Below are positions 40,564 to 51,682 of a DNA stretch of 64,000 nucleotides, in pieces. The notes under the pieces are model-generated. The model ran no database searches and was not told the origin of the DNA. It saw nothing but the letters and a program-made list of their open reading frames with translations. The stretch is taken from contig CAVSJV010000004.1 in the NCBI GenBank assembly GCA_963728405.1, positions 160,001 through 224,000 of the forward strand, given 5' to 3'. A program made the translations under genes and the position numbers. This DNA comes from Methanomassiliicoccaceae archaeon (GTDB lineage: Archaea > Thermoplasmatota > Thermoplasmata > Methanomassiliicoccales > Methanomassiliicoccaceae). Each line of letters starts with the position of its first letter. Position 1 is the first letter of the stretch.

Positions 40564-41892
40564 TCAAAATACCAGGGTCTTGTGACCCTCGGTCTGAAAG
40601 ATATCCTGTACGCGAGTGATGATCGCCGAGCGCACCATAGGGTCCCTCTGGACATCCTTGCTGAAGACCACAATCTCGTACATTATGTTGTGACCGCGGA
40701 TCTCCACCGCCCGGATGTCTGGCTTTGGCTCCTTAAGTATGCCTTCCACGCCGGTCAGCGCCTCCCTGATATAGCTCTCCACCCGCTCGTGCGATATTTC
40801 GAAGGAGACCTCGAAGAAGACGTTGATGGCATGGTTGGAAGCCCTCGAGTAGTTGAATATCCGCTCATGGATTATCTCATTGTTCGGAACGTCCACGATC
40901 TCGCCGTCGAGGGTCTTGACCTTGGTGAACACGAGGCCTTTGTCGATGACGTCGCACATCAGGTTCTCCACGATGCGAATGCGGTCCCCCACCTCGAACG
41001 GGCTGGTGTCCATGAGCGCTAGGCCGGACACGATATTTTGTATGGTAGTATAGGAGAGCGCGATGCCCAGACAGATAAAGATGAGCGTGACCGCTACCAG
41101 CAGGATGCCCACTGCCTCCATGCCGATTATCGTGAAGAGATTGAACATCACGATCAGGAAGCCGATGATGATGAGCGCGTACCTGAAAGCCGACTCCATC
41201 AGGTCCACGACCTGAGGATTGAACTTCTTGGAGCGGAACTTGACGTCCTCCAGTATCGTCTCGACGAGCTTGATCGCGAAGAAGATGCCCACGATGATGG
41301 CCACGGTGACCGCGATGGTGGGTTCATTGACCTCCAGGAATTTTTGGAGGTCGGCGAACGCCGCGTCGAGCTTGGTGAACATTGAGACGACTATCAGAAG
41401 TACCAGGATGGCCGAGCCGACGTAGATGATATAGCTGAACAAAAGGCTGGAGAACTCCAACGCCGAAGGCATTGATTTCCCGCTCCCCGCGTTCGCGCGG
41501 CTCCTCCGGGCCACTCGGCCCAAGATCAGGACAATGAGCCGGGCCACCAGCAATACAATGATGATGGTCAGGACCTTGAAGACATCGATCGTCACGGTCG
41601 GCCATAATGGGTCCGAGGTGAGCTTAAAGGTCCAGGAAACGACGACGTATGCGGAGATGAACAGCAGCGATATGATGAACAGCAACGCCATCCGGCGGGT
41701 GTAGTCCAGGACTTCTGAATCGAAGTAACGGCCCTCGTGCGCTTTCCAGATCTCGAAGTTCTTCCTAAGGTACGACCATAGGTATAGGGAAAGGGTGAAC
41801 ACACCTACCAGGGCAAGGATAGCCCATCCGTAATCGTCCATCCACTGGGCATCCCCGACCTCGAAAGGCAGGGAGGCTGGCACCAGGACCAT
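40564..41892 (-). CDS. MscS-family mechanosensitive channel
   Basis: IQNIVSG, PFEVGDRI, T.DGEIVDVPN, NYS; several N-terminal TM segments. Confidence 0.9.
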   Translation of the reverse strand: MVLVPASLPFEVGDAQWMDDYGWAILALVGVFTLSLYLWSYLRKNFEIWKAHEGRYFDSEVLDYTRRMALLFIISLLFISAYVVVSWTFKLTSDPLWPTVTIDVFKVLTIIIVLLVARLIVLILGRVARRSRANAGSGKSMPSALEFSSLLFSYIIYVGSAILVLLIVVSMFTKLDAAFADLQKFLEVNEPTIAVTVAIIVGIFFAIKLVETILEDVKFRSKKFNPQVVDLMESAFRYALIIIGFLIVMFNLFTIIGMEAVGILLVAVTLIFICLGIALSYTTIQNIVSGLALMDTSPFEVGDRIRIVENLMCDVIDKGLVFTKVKTLDGEIVDVPNNEIIHERIFNYSRASNHAINVFFEVSFEISHERVESYIREALTGVEGILKEPKPDIRAVEIRGHNIMYEIVVFSKDVQRDPMVRSAIITRVQDIFQTEGHKTLVF

Positions 41893-42122
41893 GAAGTGGC
41901 ATATTACATGGTACATTAACTATTTTGCGAGCGGTGAACCCACTGCGGATGCCGGGAATGAGCAGTACATCGAATGTTCGGAGGGCGGTGGACCAGTTCC
42001 GAGAACGATGTTACCTTTGATAACCTCGATGGGGGGAGGGCAGGTCGGGACGACCCGGACGGACCCATTAATGGATCGGCCTTTACTCACCGTGCGATGA
42101 GACGGGCATGATCGATGAAAGA

Positions 42123-42155
42123 GGAAGCCCCGCCGTTAGGGCGGGGGGCAGGTCA
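42123..42155 (+). mobile_element. Orphan IS200/IS605-type (tnpB) right-end hairpin
   Basis: GGAAGCCCCGCCGTTAGGGCGGGGGGCAGGTCA resembles the GAAGCCCCGCCCTTNAGGGCGGGGAGGAGGTCA-type end as recalled; no tnpA/tnpB adjacent. Confidence 0.5.
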
Positions 42156-42172
42156 TCGATGGTCGCATTGCC

Positions 42173-45100
42173 TCAGGCTGGCCGAAGGGACCCCCGTAGC
42201 AACCACAGATCATAGGTCGCCCCCGTCGAAGTGCCGGCGGGGCTCTTTATCTTGAAGCCTTGGAGCCCCGTGACCACAAGGCCAAAGTCCAGCTCCCTCT
42301 TCCCGTTCGCTTGGAATGGGCCAATGGTCCCCAGACTGATCTTGATCTCGGCGATCGCGGACACTTTCACGCCGACAAAGTCCTTGATCAGGTCGGGTGC
42401 CCCGGCCAATGCGTAGACCCCGATCTGGACGAAGACATGGTCGGCCAGAATCGGTTCAGGCACGGGAGCCCTTGTCGCCGCGGCCATCGGATTGAGGGGG
42501 TCGCTCAGCATCTCGCTGATGGCATCCATTAACCAGTGAAGGCACTCTCGCACCGCCTTGCCGTCGTACACCAAAGCCATAGTCAGACCTGCTCCGACGC
42601 TCCCGGAGGCATCATCGAGCCCGAGCTCCAGGAAGATCTTCAACGAAGAGACGGTCCGTTCGACCGAGTCGAGCATCCGGACCTCGAACCGCTGCAGGGC
42701 GGCGCTTATAACATCCTGCAAGGTGCTCATGTCCAGGCCAGAGCCGACGGCCTGGTCGAACGCCTCCATGAAGCACTCTTCGATGATGGTGACCAAGCCG
42801 TCCGTGTTCCATTCGGTCAGCAGCACGAAGCCATTGGACCCACCCTGGCTCCCGCCCCTCAGCTCCCAATGAGAAGAGCCGTCGAAGGCCCGCTGCCAGG
42901 TCCGGTCGTCATCGCCCAGGTCCTTGAGCCAGGGCGCCGAATCGACCCGTGTTCCGTACCGGTCGACCAGGGCTACCGATTCCTGAAGGGGGAACCCCTT
43001 GACCTCACCGTTGTCCAGGGCCTGGCCGGTGAAACAGTGCACGAAGTAACCATGGGCGGGGATCGTGCCACTAAGATATTCCGTGCGCTGCTGCCCTCGG
43101 GCCGTTCGCAGCGACCAGCCGGTCAGATCGACCGCTTGGTCAGATGGGTTGAAAAGCTCGACCCATTCCCGTGACGAATCCTTCCCCTGAGGGTTCAGCT
43201 CCACCTCGTTGATGAGAATGCCCCTTCGGTCCAGCACATTGAAGCTGAGCTCGATCCCAGCATCGATATGGAACTTGGTGCCCGGCACCGGGCTAGGCAG
43301 CAACTTCAGGGCCTGAGAGATGACCGGGACATCGGACATGGCGAACGACACCTTTTGGGTCCTATCGATCTCCGGAGCCACTATCTCCAGGATGTGGCCG
43401 CCCATGTAACCCCGGACCTCTATCTGGTGCTGGTACACCTGGGATCGGGGATCGAGGGTCAGGTCCACCGACCAGTCGCTGCCCCCCAGGGTGACGGTGC
43501 CAGCGATGGTATTGTCCCCGTTGGAGAGCTTGAGGACTCGAACGGACGACGTGATGGTCGCCCCGAAGGAAGAGAGCGACAGGTCCGCCCTGATGCGGTC
43601 CTCGGTGCCGGCGAGAGCCGCGTCGGACGGGCCTATGGTCATGACCAGGCCGAGGCCCAAAATGCTGAGATCGATCCTCGTCCCGTTCAGAGCCCAGACG
43701 GTTGCGTCGGACAGTGGCCTCGATGATCAATTCCAGGAAGCTGTCGGCCGCCCTCTGCAGTGCCTCCAAGGACGACATCAGCAGCTGGTTCAGGACCTCC
43801 AGCGGCTTGGTGGCATAGGACAACAATTGATCCACCAGCTGGCAGAAGAGGCCGAAAGCCTTCCCTACCAGGCCGCCGACGGCCTGGACCGCTGACACTA
43901 GGAAGTCCCAGACCTTGACCAGGAGCTTTTGGACATCCCCGGCGAGCGTGGCGGTGGGAGAATAGGACACACCTTGAAGCCCCCATCCACTGAAGGCGAT
44001 GATATTGAAGCTGGCGTCGATCGATAACAGGGTTGAGCAGGGGGTGTCGATCCGTTTGTCCGAATCCGAACCGGGCCGCAGGGAGATCTCGATGGCCCCA
44101 TGGTACTCGACGCCCCACTCGGTCACGTAGGGGGTTGTGGTCATGTCCAGCAGATCGGTCACGTGACGGTTAGGATAGGAAGTATTGGTCCGCGATCGAA
44201 CGCCCAGGGTTCCTTGACCTGGCACATCGAGGGAGCCGGCCTTCCCATCGTTCGAGAGCTTGAGCGCCGTAGAGTTGACGATGATCCTCTCGACGCGCTG
44301 CTGCCCATCGGCCAAGGTCAGGGTCAATCCGCCTTGAGAAAGGGGAACCAATACCTCACCTCCCTGAGCGGCCAGGCCGCTCCTAAGGCTCTCGATGGTG
44401 TCCTGGACCGCGTCGGCCGTGAGCCACTCCATCCCCGGGAGGCAGGAGATCCCGAACGCGATAAGGTCCGTTAGGATCGTCCCTTCAATGGTCTTCTGGG
44501 ACAGCCCACGGTCCAGGCGTTCGTGGATGGGGGCGGCCTTGTCCATGACGGCGTTCTGGATCACCTCCCGGGCACCCCAGTAGTCACCGAGCAGTTCCAT
44601 GTAGATGATGTGCTGAGCCTCAGCTATGGTGGAGGTCGAGAAATGCGCCGTCCCGTTCAACTGATAGGCGAGGGTCCAGCTAAGCTGGGATGCCCCCTGC
44701 TGAACGGACTGGTTCATCTGCAACAGTTCCGTCCACCGCTGGTCCATGAAGTCCATCACAGCCTGGGCCAGGCCATCGCGCGCTCTGCTCACTTCGTTCG
44801 CCCTGTCCAAAGCCGGCTTGAGCCAGGAGGACCCATCCCGGAATGCCGTTCTGAGTTGCTCGTCCAGCTCCTGCAGGTAGTTCATATCGTCCTGAGGGTC
44901 CAGAGATAGCTCGATCAACGGGAGGGAGCAGTGGGAAGCGACGCCCGCAGCGATCGATTCCACGAACCCCTTCATGGTCTCGGCCACGAAATGGGTCTCC
45001 GTCTCATACCGTCGATACAGATCGCCCCAGGCGGGGGAGGAATACACATCGACCTCTGGTAGGTCCAACTGATAACATCCCTGGAAGAATCGGTAGACCT

Positions 45101-46368
45101 TGTCGCCCTGGTCGTCGAGGAAACATATCCGGTAGGCGGGGAGGTCAACCACCACGTCAGGGCCTCCGTAGCAGAACCAGCGATAATCATACTCCGGTAT
45201 ACCAACTGTCCGACAGGGCTTTGCTGATATAGTCCTGCATGTTCATTTTGTCCGTATCCCCGCCGGTAAGGAAATCGATGGCATCCGTCAGGCCATGATC
45301 GGCGAACTCGTAGAGATCTTCGGGAATGTTAATGAGATCGATGAACTGGAAGTAGTCCATCCACTTCAGAACGATGGCATCGGCGCGAGAGTTGATGGTC
45401 TGGGCGACGATCGGTGCGAGGTCTATCCCTCCCTCATCATAAGAACGGAGGAAGAGGTCCGCGGGGTCCGCCGGGCCATCAAGATCCATCAGCAACGGAG
45501 CCACCTCTCCAAACTGGGCACCATTTAGCTCGCCGCCATCCTGAAAGTATCTCAGCTCCTCCAACACCAGAGCGAGATTGACCGCCCGGACCACATCCTC
45601 ATTGGTGATTATGGCCTCGGTGCTGTGGACGCCAGTCTTGACCGCCATCCCATAGCCGCGCAGGACACGGTCCTGGGCCAGGGCTGCAAGCTCGTAACGC
45701 ACCACGCTCTCCAGCTCGCCCCGGGGGACCGCGGACCTGGATAAGCGGTCCAGGCGGTACAGCAGAAGGGGAAGGGGAACATAAATGTCCTGATCAATGT
45801 CAACGGTCCTGGACAACTGGCCCTGAGAGCAGGTGACGTTGACCGTGCAGTTGCCGGTGATGACGAAATAGGCCGGCACGCTCGCACCCTCCCAGCTGGC
45901 GAGGTCTTCGCCGTAGATGGCGTACGATTCCTGCAAGCTGGCCCGCAGGAACGCCAGGTGAAGGTCATGCTCGACCAGGGTATGGATGTTACCCGTCAAA
46001 GAAGGATAGGTCTTGAGCAGCGAAGTATTGAGAGAAGCGACGAAACCTTGCTGCACCTCATTCTCGTTCAGCCCCTTGGTGGCCTGTATCGATCCGATGG
46101 CCGAGGAGTAGGCGATCCGGACGACGTCCTGGAGAGCGTCATCGAGGCACTTTCTCATCTGTTCCAGGACCTTCTCCGGGATGGCCGTGCTCTCCTTCCT
46201 GGCCTCTAGGCCGTAAACGAGGGCGATGGAGATCGATGATAGCACTAAAAGAAGTACTGCGATCACCGAGAAAGGCATCTGGGCCTTCCTGGACGCCCGC
46301 ATCACCCTAACGCTTCGCCTATTGCTCGGACCCGCCTCTGTCATTACTGCGCTCGACGACCTGAACAT
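42173..46368 (-). CDS. Large (about 1390 aa) surface protein with pilin-like N-terminus and lamin-tail domain, split by frameshifts near 45170 and 43700
   Basis: RKAQMPFSVIAVLLLV class III signal-like segment; LTD motif ILINEVELNP.G.D..EWVELFNP...VDLTGW; three abutting same-strand ORFs. Confidence 0.75.
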
Positions 46369-46438
46369 TAAAAAGGGGTCGAGCTAACTGCACACTACAA
46401 CCTACTGCGCACCGGATCTTAGGCGGCGGTCGTGGCGA

Positions 46439-47152
46439 TCATTCGTTCTTTTCCAGCGCCATCTGGAAGAAGTGGTCGAGGTGAGCGGCCAGGAACGGGT
46501 TATCGGTGAAACCGCAGATGCTCAGGTCCGGAGATGCGATCATGGCAATCTCATCGTCGGTGATGACATCCGTGGCCAGGAGGTCCCCCTTCCTGATGAC
46601 CTCCGAGGCATCCGGCACTTTGGCCGAGTGCTCCGCGACCACCGTAATGGTCACTCCGCGCCTCAGCGCATTGGAGAACTTTGCGGCATGAGCGACATTG
46701 ATCTCCATCAGAGCAGGAGAGGAAAGGAAGAAGCGCTCTTTGGCCAGGTCCAGCATCTCTCCTATCTTCGCCAATACTTTATCTCGACCGGTTATCGTGT
46801 ACACCAGTTGGGGAGTGCCCCGGTCCGTCAGCGAGCCCTTTATGGATTCTAGCTGGCGAAAGGTACGATCGAGTTCGGCGGTCATCCGCTCCTTGATCTC
46901 CATCGGCGGGACCGGATGGAACACCACAGGTCGGCCTCCTCGGGCGTTGACGAACCCTTTCTGTTCGAGATTTCCCAGCACCTTGTACGCCGAGGTCCGG
47001 GGAATGCTCGCGGTCTCGGCCACGTCCTCCGCCGAGCCGTGAGAGCGCAACGCCAGGGCCAGGTAGGCCTTGGCCTCGTAATTGGAAAGGTCCATCTTCC
47101 GAAGCATTTCGAGTATTTTCTCCTTCTGAACATCGAGTTCGAAAGGGTCCAT
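46439..47152 (-). CDS. TrmB-family transcriptional regulator
   Basis: LSNYEAKAYLAL, IPRTSAYKVLGNLEQKGFV, GRP..F..VPP. Confidence 0.9.
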   Translation of the reverse strand: MDPFELDVQKEKILEMLRKMDLSNYEAKAYLALALRSHGSAEDVAETASIPRTSAYKVLGNLEQKGFVNARGGRPVVFHPVPPMEIKERMTAELDRTFRQLESIKGSLTDRGTPQLVYTITGRDKVLAKIGEMLDLAKERFFLSSPALMEINVAHAAKFSNALRRGVTITVVAEHSAKVPDASEVIRKGDLLATDVITDDEIAMIASPDLSICGFTDNPFLAAHLDHFFQMALEKNE

Positions 47153-47255
47153 GCGGCTCTTTATCGGTCCGTTCATATCCTTACTTGTAGCTCTATTGGC
47201 TACAATAGTATTAAATTATCCCATGATGAATCGGGCGCAGCGGGATGACACTCGT

Positions 47256-48809
47256 ATGATCGCGAAAGAGAGTGCGCTCAAGAAAGGATTGCCCAAAGAA
47301 ACGCAGTCCCTATGCCCTGAATGCAAGAAGGTCGTACCGGCCAGAATCTTCGAGTCCGAGGGCAAGGTCCTCATGGAGAAGAACTGCCCCCAGCACGGCA
47401 AGGTCACCGACGTCTACTGGTCCGACGTGAAAATGTACCTCAAGGCGGAGAAGTTCGCCTACGATGGCATCGGGGTCAGCAACGCCATGATCAAGGATGC
47501 CAAGACCTGCCCGGACAACTGCGGCCTGTGCAACCTGCACACCAGCCACACCGCCCTGGCGAACCTGGACCTGACCAATCGCTGCAACATGAAATGCCCC
47601 ATCTGCTTTGCCAACGCCAACCAGGCCGGCTATGTCTATGAGCCTTCCTTCGAACAGGTAGTGTTCATGTTGGAGACCTTGAGGGCCGAGCGACCGGTCC
47701 CCTGTACCGCAGTACAGTTCTCCGGCGGCGAGCCGACCATCTACCCGCGCTTCTTCGATGTCATCAAGAAAGCCAAGGAGCTCAAGTTCGCTCAGGTCCA
47801 GGTCGCCACCAACGGCATCAAGCTGGCCGAGGACCCTGAATTCGCCCAGAAGTGCACCGATGCAGGTCTGAACACCATATACCTCCAGTTCGACGGCATC
47901 ACCGACGATATCTATAAGAGGACCAGAGCTAAGCCCATGATGGCGACCAAGCTCAAAGCGATCGAGAACATCCGCAAGATCAAGGAGCACCGCCCCTCGG
48001 TCGTTCTGGTCCCGACACTGGTCAAGGGTTTCAACGACCAACAGATCGGTGACATCATTCGCTTCGCCCTCAAGAACCGCGACGTCGTCCGCGGCGTCAA
48101 CTTCCAGCCCGTGGCCTTCACCGGCCGTATCGACCAGAAAGAGAGGGAAGAAGGCCGCTACACCATACCAGATCTGGTCAGGGATGTGGAGAAGCAGACC
48201 GGATTCGCCAAGGAGAAGGACTGGTACCCTGTTCCGACGGTCGTCCCTATCTCCACCTATGCCTCAGCCATCCTGGGCGAGGAGAAGGTCACCTTCACCC
48301 CACACCCTCACTGCGGCATGGCCACTTACTGGTTCGTCAAGGATGAGAACACCGTCGTCCCCCTGACCGAGTTCGTTGACGTAGAGGGCCTCTTCGCCGA
48401 GCTGTACGAGCTCTCCAAGAAGACCGAGGGTGCCACGTTCCCCAAACTCTCGCTGCTGAAGGCCAGAAAGATCCTGAAGAACCACATGGATGAGAGCAAG
48501 ATGCCCGAAGGCCTCACAACCGCTCAGTTCATGAAGGTCCTCACCAACGTGTTCAATAACGATACCAAGGAAGGCCTGGCCAAGTTCTCCTGGAGCATGA
48601 TGCTGATCTCATCGATGCACTTCCAGGACGACTACAACTACGACATCGAGCGGGTCAAGAGATGCGTCATCCACTACGTCGTTCCCGACGGGAGGATCAT
48701 TCCCTTCTGCGCCTACAATGGCGGACCGACCTATAGGACCGAGGTAGAGAAGAAGTTCTCTGTTCCCCTGGAAGAGTGGAGAAAGACCAAGGGCGAAGAG
48801 TACACCTGA
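47256..48809 (+). CDS. tes: Tetraether lipid synthase (radical SAM, Tes/GDGT-MAS)
   Basis: N-terminal SLCPEC..CPQHG, CPDNCGLC, TNRCNMKCPICFANA, HPHCG, RCVIHY..DGRIIPFCAYN. Confidence 0.9.
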   Translation: MIAKESALKKGLPKETQSLCPECKKVVPARIFESEGKVLMEKNCPQHGKVTDVYWSDVKMYLKAEKFAYDGIGVSNAMIKDAKTCPDNCGLCNLHTSHTALANLDLTNRCNMKCPICFANANQAGYVYEPSFEQVVFMLETLRAERPVPCTAVQFSGGEPTIYPRFFDVIKKAKELKFAQVQVATNGIKLAEDPEFAQKCTDAGLNTIYLQFDGITDDIYKRTRAKPMMATKLKAIENIRKIKEHRPSVVLVPTLVKGFNDQQIGDIIRFALKNRDVVRGVNFQPVAFTGRIDQKEREEGRYTIPDLVRDVEKQTGFAKEKDWYPVPTVVPISTYASAILGEEKVTFTPHPHCGMATYWFVKDENTVVPLTEFVDVEGLFAELYELSKKTEGATFPKLSLLKARKILKNHMDESKMPEGLTTAQFMKVLTNVFNNDTKEGLAKFSWSMMLISSMHFQDDYNYDIERVKRCVIHYVVPDGRIIPFCAYNGGPTYRTEVEKKFSVPLEEWRKTKGEEYT

Positions 48810-48818
48810 GGGATTCAA

Positions 48819-48992
48819 ATGATAGTATCAGTAGAGAAATGCCATCACTGCGGCGCCTGCGTGGGCTCCTGCCCTAAGAACGCCATATACTTGAACGATA
48901 TCGTATTGGTGTTCAGCGAGGACTGTAACCGCTGCGGTCGCTGCGTTAAGGTCTGCCCGCTTGGTGCGATCAAGATGGAGGCCAAGACATGA
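48819..48992 (+). CDS. 2[4Fe-4S] ferredoxin (57 aa; not in the ORF track)
   Basis: Hand translation MIVSVEKCHHCGACVGSCPKNAI...CNRCGRCVKVCPLGAI; ATGA overlap with the GGR gene. Confidence 0.92.
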   Translation: MIVSVEKCHHCGACVGSCPKNAIYLNDIVLVFSEDCNRCGRCVKVCPLGAIKMEAKT

Positions 48993-50179
48993 AGCAGATC
49001 GAGTGCGACGTGGTGGTCGTGGGTGCTGGTCCCGCCGGAAGCATGACCGCCAAGTGGGCGGCCAAGGGCGGCGCGAACGTATTGATGATCGAAAAGCGCC
49101 AGGAGATCGGCGCCCCCGTCCGCTGTGGCGAGGGCATATCGAAGTACTGGCTGGACGAGGTCGGCATTACCGTCGACCCCAAGTGGATCGCCCGCGAGGT
49201 CCGCGGGGCCAAGATCGTCTCGCCCTCGGGCCATACATTCCTGGTGGACGAAAGGCAGGCCGGCAACGAGGTCGGCTGGGTCGTGGACCGCGTGTTCTTC
49301 GATAAGGCGCTCGCCGCTGATGCGGCCCGCGCTGGTGTGGAGATCAAGCTGAAGACCTCGGCCACCTCCTTGATCAAGGAAAACGGCAAGATCGTGGGAG
49401 TACGCGCTGAATCGTACGGCGAGCCGGTGGAGATACGCGCCGGCTGCGTGGTCGGCGCGGACGGCTACGAGTCCCAGGTCGGACACTGGGCGGGGATCGA
49501 CACCTCGCTGAAGGCCGCGGATATCGATACCTGCTACCAGTACCGCCTGACCGGGATAGACTATGATCCGGACTATTGTCTATTCCAGCTCGGTTCGGAT
49601 GCCCCTGGTGGCTACGTGTGGGTCTTCCCCAAGAATGAGGATACTGCCAATGTCGGCATCGGTGTCCAGCTGTCCAAGGTGAAGCATCCCGGTGACCCCA
49701 AGATGTACCTCGACAGGTATATCGCAAAGCATCCCGGACTGAAGAAGGGACAACCCTTGGAAGCGGTGGCCGGAGCGGTCTCCATCTGCGCCCCCCTGGA
49801 TTCGGTCTCGGTGGACAACCTCTTACTGGTCGGCGATTCGGCCAGGATGATCGACCCCATCACCGGCGGCGGCATCTCCACCAGCTGCATCGCTGGCATG
49901 TATGCCGGACAGGTACTGGCCAAGGGAGTCAAGGCCAAGGACCTCTCCATGAAGGTCCTTCAGGAGTACGAAACGCGCTGGAGGGACCGCCTAGAGAACA
50001 AACTGTGGCGCAACTGGATGGCCAAGGAGAAGCTCACTACACTGTCGGACGAGGCTCTGGACAAGATCGTCCACACCCTGTCCGAGGTTGGCGTGGAGAA
50101 ACTATCGGTGCAGAGCCTGCTAGCCGTGGTCAAGAGCCGCTACCCTGAACTGGTCAAAGAGTTCGACGAGTTCATCTGA
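48989..50179 (+). CDS. Digeranylgeranylglycerophospholipid reductase (GGR)
   Basis: VVGAGPAGS, IG.PVRCGEG, PGGYVWVFPK, GDSA..IDPITGGGI. Confidence 0.93.
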   Translation: MKQIECDVVVVGAGPAGSMTAKWAAKGGANVLMIEKRQEIGAPVRCGEGISKYWLDEVGITVDPKWIAREVRGAKIVSPSGHTFLVDERQAGNEVGWVVDRVFFDKALAADAARAGVEIKLKTSATSLIKENGKIVGVRAESYGEPVEIRAGCVVGADGYESQVGHWAGIDTSLKAADIDTCYQYRLTGIDYDPDYCLFQLGSDAPGGYVWVFPKNEDTANVGIGVQLSKVKHPGDPKMYLDRYIAKHPGLKKGQPLEAVAGAVSICAPLDSVSVDNLLLVGDSARMIDPITGGGISTSCIAGMYAGQVLAKGVKAKDLSMKVLQEYETRWRDRLENKLWRNWMAKEKLTTLSDEALDKIVHTLSEVGVEKLSVQSLLAVVKSRYPELVKEFDEFI

Positions 50180-50201
50180 GAATTCTTTCTCAAACCTTTT
50201 C

Positions 50202-51131
50202 CTACTCCTTTTCCAATTTTACTCCATCGACGCCGGTCTTGACGATGTACGGCATCCCGCCCCTGCTCTTGATGGCCTGGGCCACCTTCTCCGGATGGTC
50301 GGTCAGGGCGATCATGCTGCCCCCACCCCCCGCCCCGGTCAGCTTGGCGCCGTAGGAAAAGGGTAACGAGGCGTCCACCAGCTTCTGGAGCTCCGGCGTA
50401 GACACTCCCAGGATCGCAAGGAGATTGTGGTCCTTGGTCATGAGGCGGCCGAGGCCTTCGAGGTCACGGCCCTTCAGCTTGCTCATTCCCTCCAAGGTCA
50501 GGCCGCCGATCTCATCGATAATGTCTCTAGCGAAGCGGGTGTGGTCGACATACCGCTTGACCTTCGCAACCAGCGGCCCGGTGGGGGCTTTGTGGCCGGT
50601 GAACCCCACGACCAGGGTCATCTCGGGCACCGCACAGTCGTGGATATACCAGCGGCGGATGTCTCGCTCGATCTTCCACAATAGGTCTTCCCTCTGCTCC
50701 GAGGTGATGAATATGCCATGCCCATGGGCGGAGACCGATGTGTCGACCGGGCTGGCCCGTCCCTGGACCAGCGATTCGACATTAAAGGCGTGTCTGGCCA
50801 CATCCTCCGGGATCAGTTTACCCTTCATCCCGGCGATCGCTCCCAGCGTGGCCACAGTGACCGCCGCCGATGAGCCGAGCCCGGAGCCGGATGGGATCTC
50901 CGAGCTGATGTCAATAGATAACGGCCCCCCAGTCCAGTTCTCCTTCACCGCGGTCATGATGTATGAGTGCGCCTTCTCCGTGATCGGCTGTCCATTGACG
51001 ATGAACTGGTCCGAAGGCCCTACGACGCAACGAAGCCTCAGCCCAATGGCCAGAGCAATTGCCGGTCTTCCGAAGACCACGGCATGCTCTCCCAGCAAGA
51101 TGATCTTGCCCGGGGCGGAGACTATCTTCAT
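50202..51131 (-). CDS. mvk: Mevalonate kinase
   Basis: SAPGKIILLGEHAVV, PSGSGLGSSAA, AKLTGAGGGG. Confidence 0.93.
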   Translation of the reverse strand: MKIVSAPGKIILLGEHAVVFGRPAIALAIGLRLRCVVGPSDQFIVNGQPITEKAHSYIMTAVKENWTGGPLSIDISSEIPSGSGLGSSAAVTVATLGAIAGMKGKLIPEDVARHAFNVESLVQGRASPVDTSVSAHGHGIFITSEQREDLLWKIERDIRRWYIHDCAVPEMTLVVGFTGHKAPTGPLVAKVKRYVDHTRFARDIIDEIGGLTLEGMSKLKGRDLEGLGRLMTKDHNLLAILGVSTPELQKLVDASLPFSYGAKLTGAGGGGSMIALTDHPEKVAQAIKSRGGMPYIVKTGVDGVKLEKE

Positions 51132-51295
51132 CCCGGACCCATCCGCTTTCCCCGATTAAATCGTTTCTCCTAGCCCCATTCACCATCGTTCAGGGCGGAA
51201 ACGCAGCACCCACCATCCATAAAAAAGCGCAAAAGGTTGATATACACTACGCTACAAAAGCACCTCAATTCAATAAATACAGGGGGAGTTTCAGT

Positions 51296-51682
51296 ATGTC
51301 AGACCGTTGTGCCGTCCTTACAACACTTAATGGAGAGATAGTCGAGTGGAGGGTCTTCGATAGCCCGACCCAGGCTATGCATCACTATACATCGGGGGTC
51401 GGGAAGCTACAGGAAATGCTGCAGCATACCGACGACAATGGAGTGTGGGAGATCATGCTCTGCGATGTGAAACAGTACGCCCTCTCCCGGCAGAACGCCG
51501 AACATCTGGACACTCGGGAGAGCCAAGACTGGTATTCTCGATACCTTACCATCATGGCCGGCCAGGCCCGGAAGATAACTGGTCTGAGACCAAGGTATAG
51601 CCTTCATCTATGGCACCGTCTGAAGCATCGTGTGGATGGCATGCTCAGCGATGACGATGAGCCTGCAGTGGATGGATATTGA
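51296..51682 (+). CDS. Hypothetical protein
   Basis: Clean ORF with GGGGAG RBS and upstream TATA-like TTGATATA. Confidence 0.7.
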   Translation: MSDRCAVLTTLNGEIVEWRVFDSPTQAMHHYTSGVGKLQEMLQHTDDNGVWEIMLCDVKQYALSRQNAEHLDTRESQDWYSRYLTIMAGQARKITGLRPRYSLHLWHRLKHRVDGMLSDDDEPAVDGY

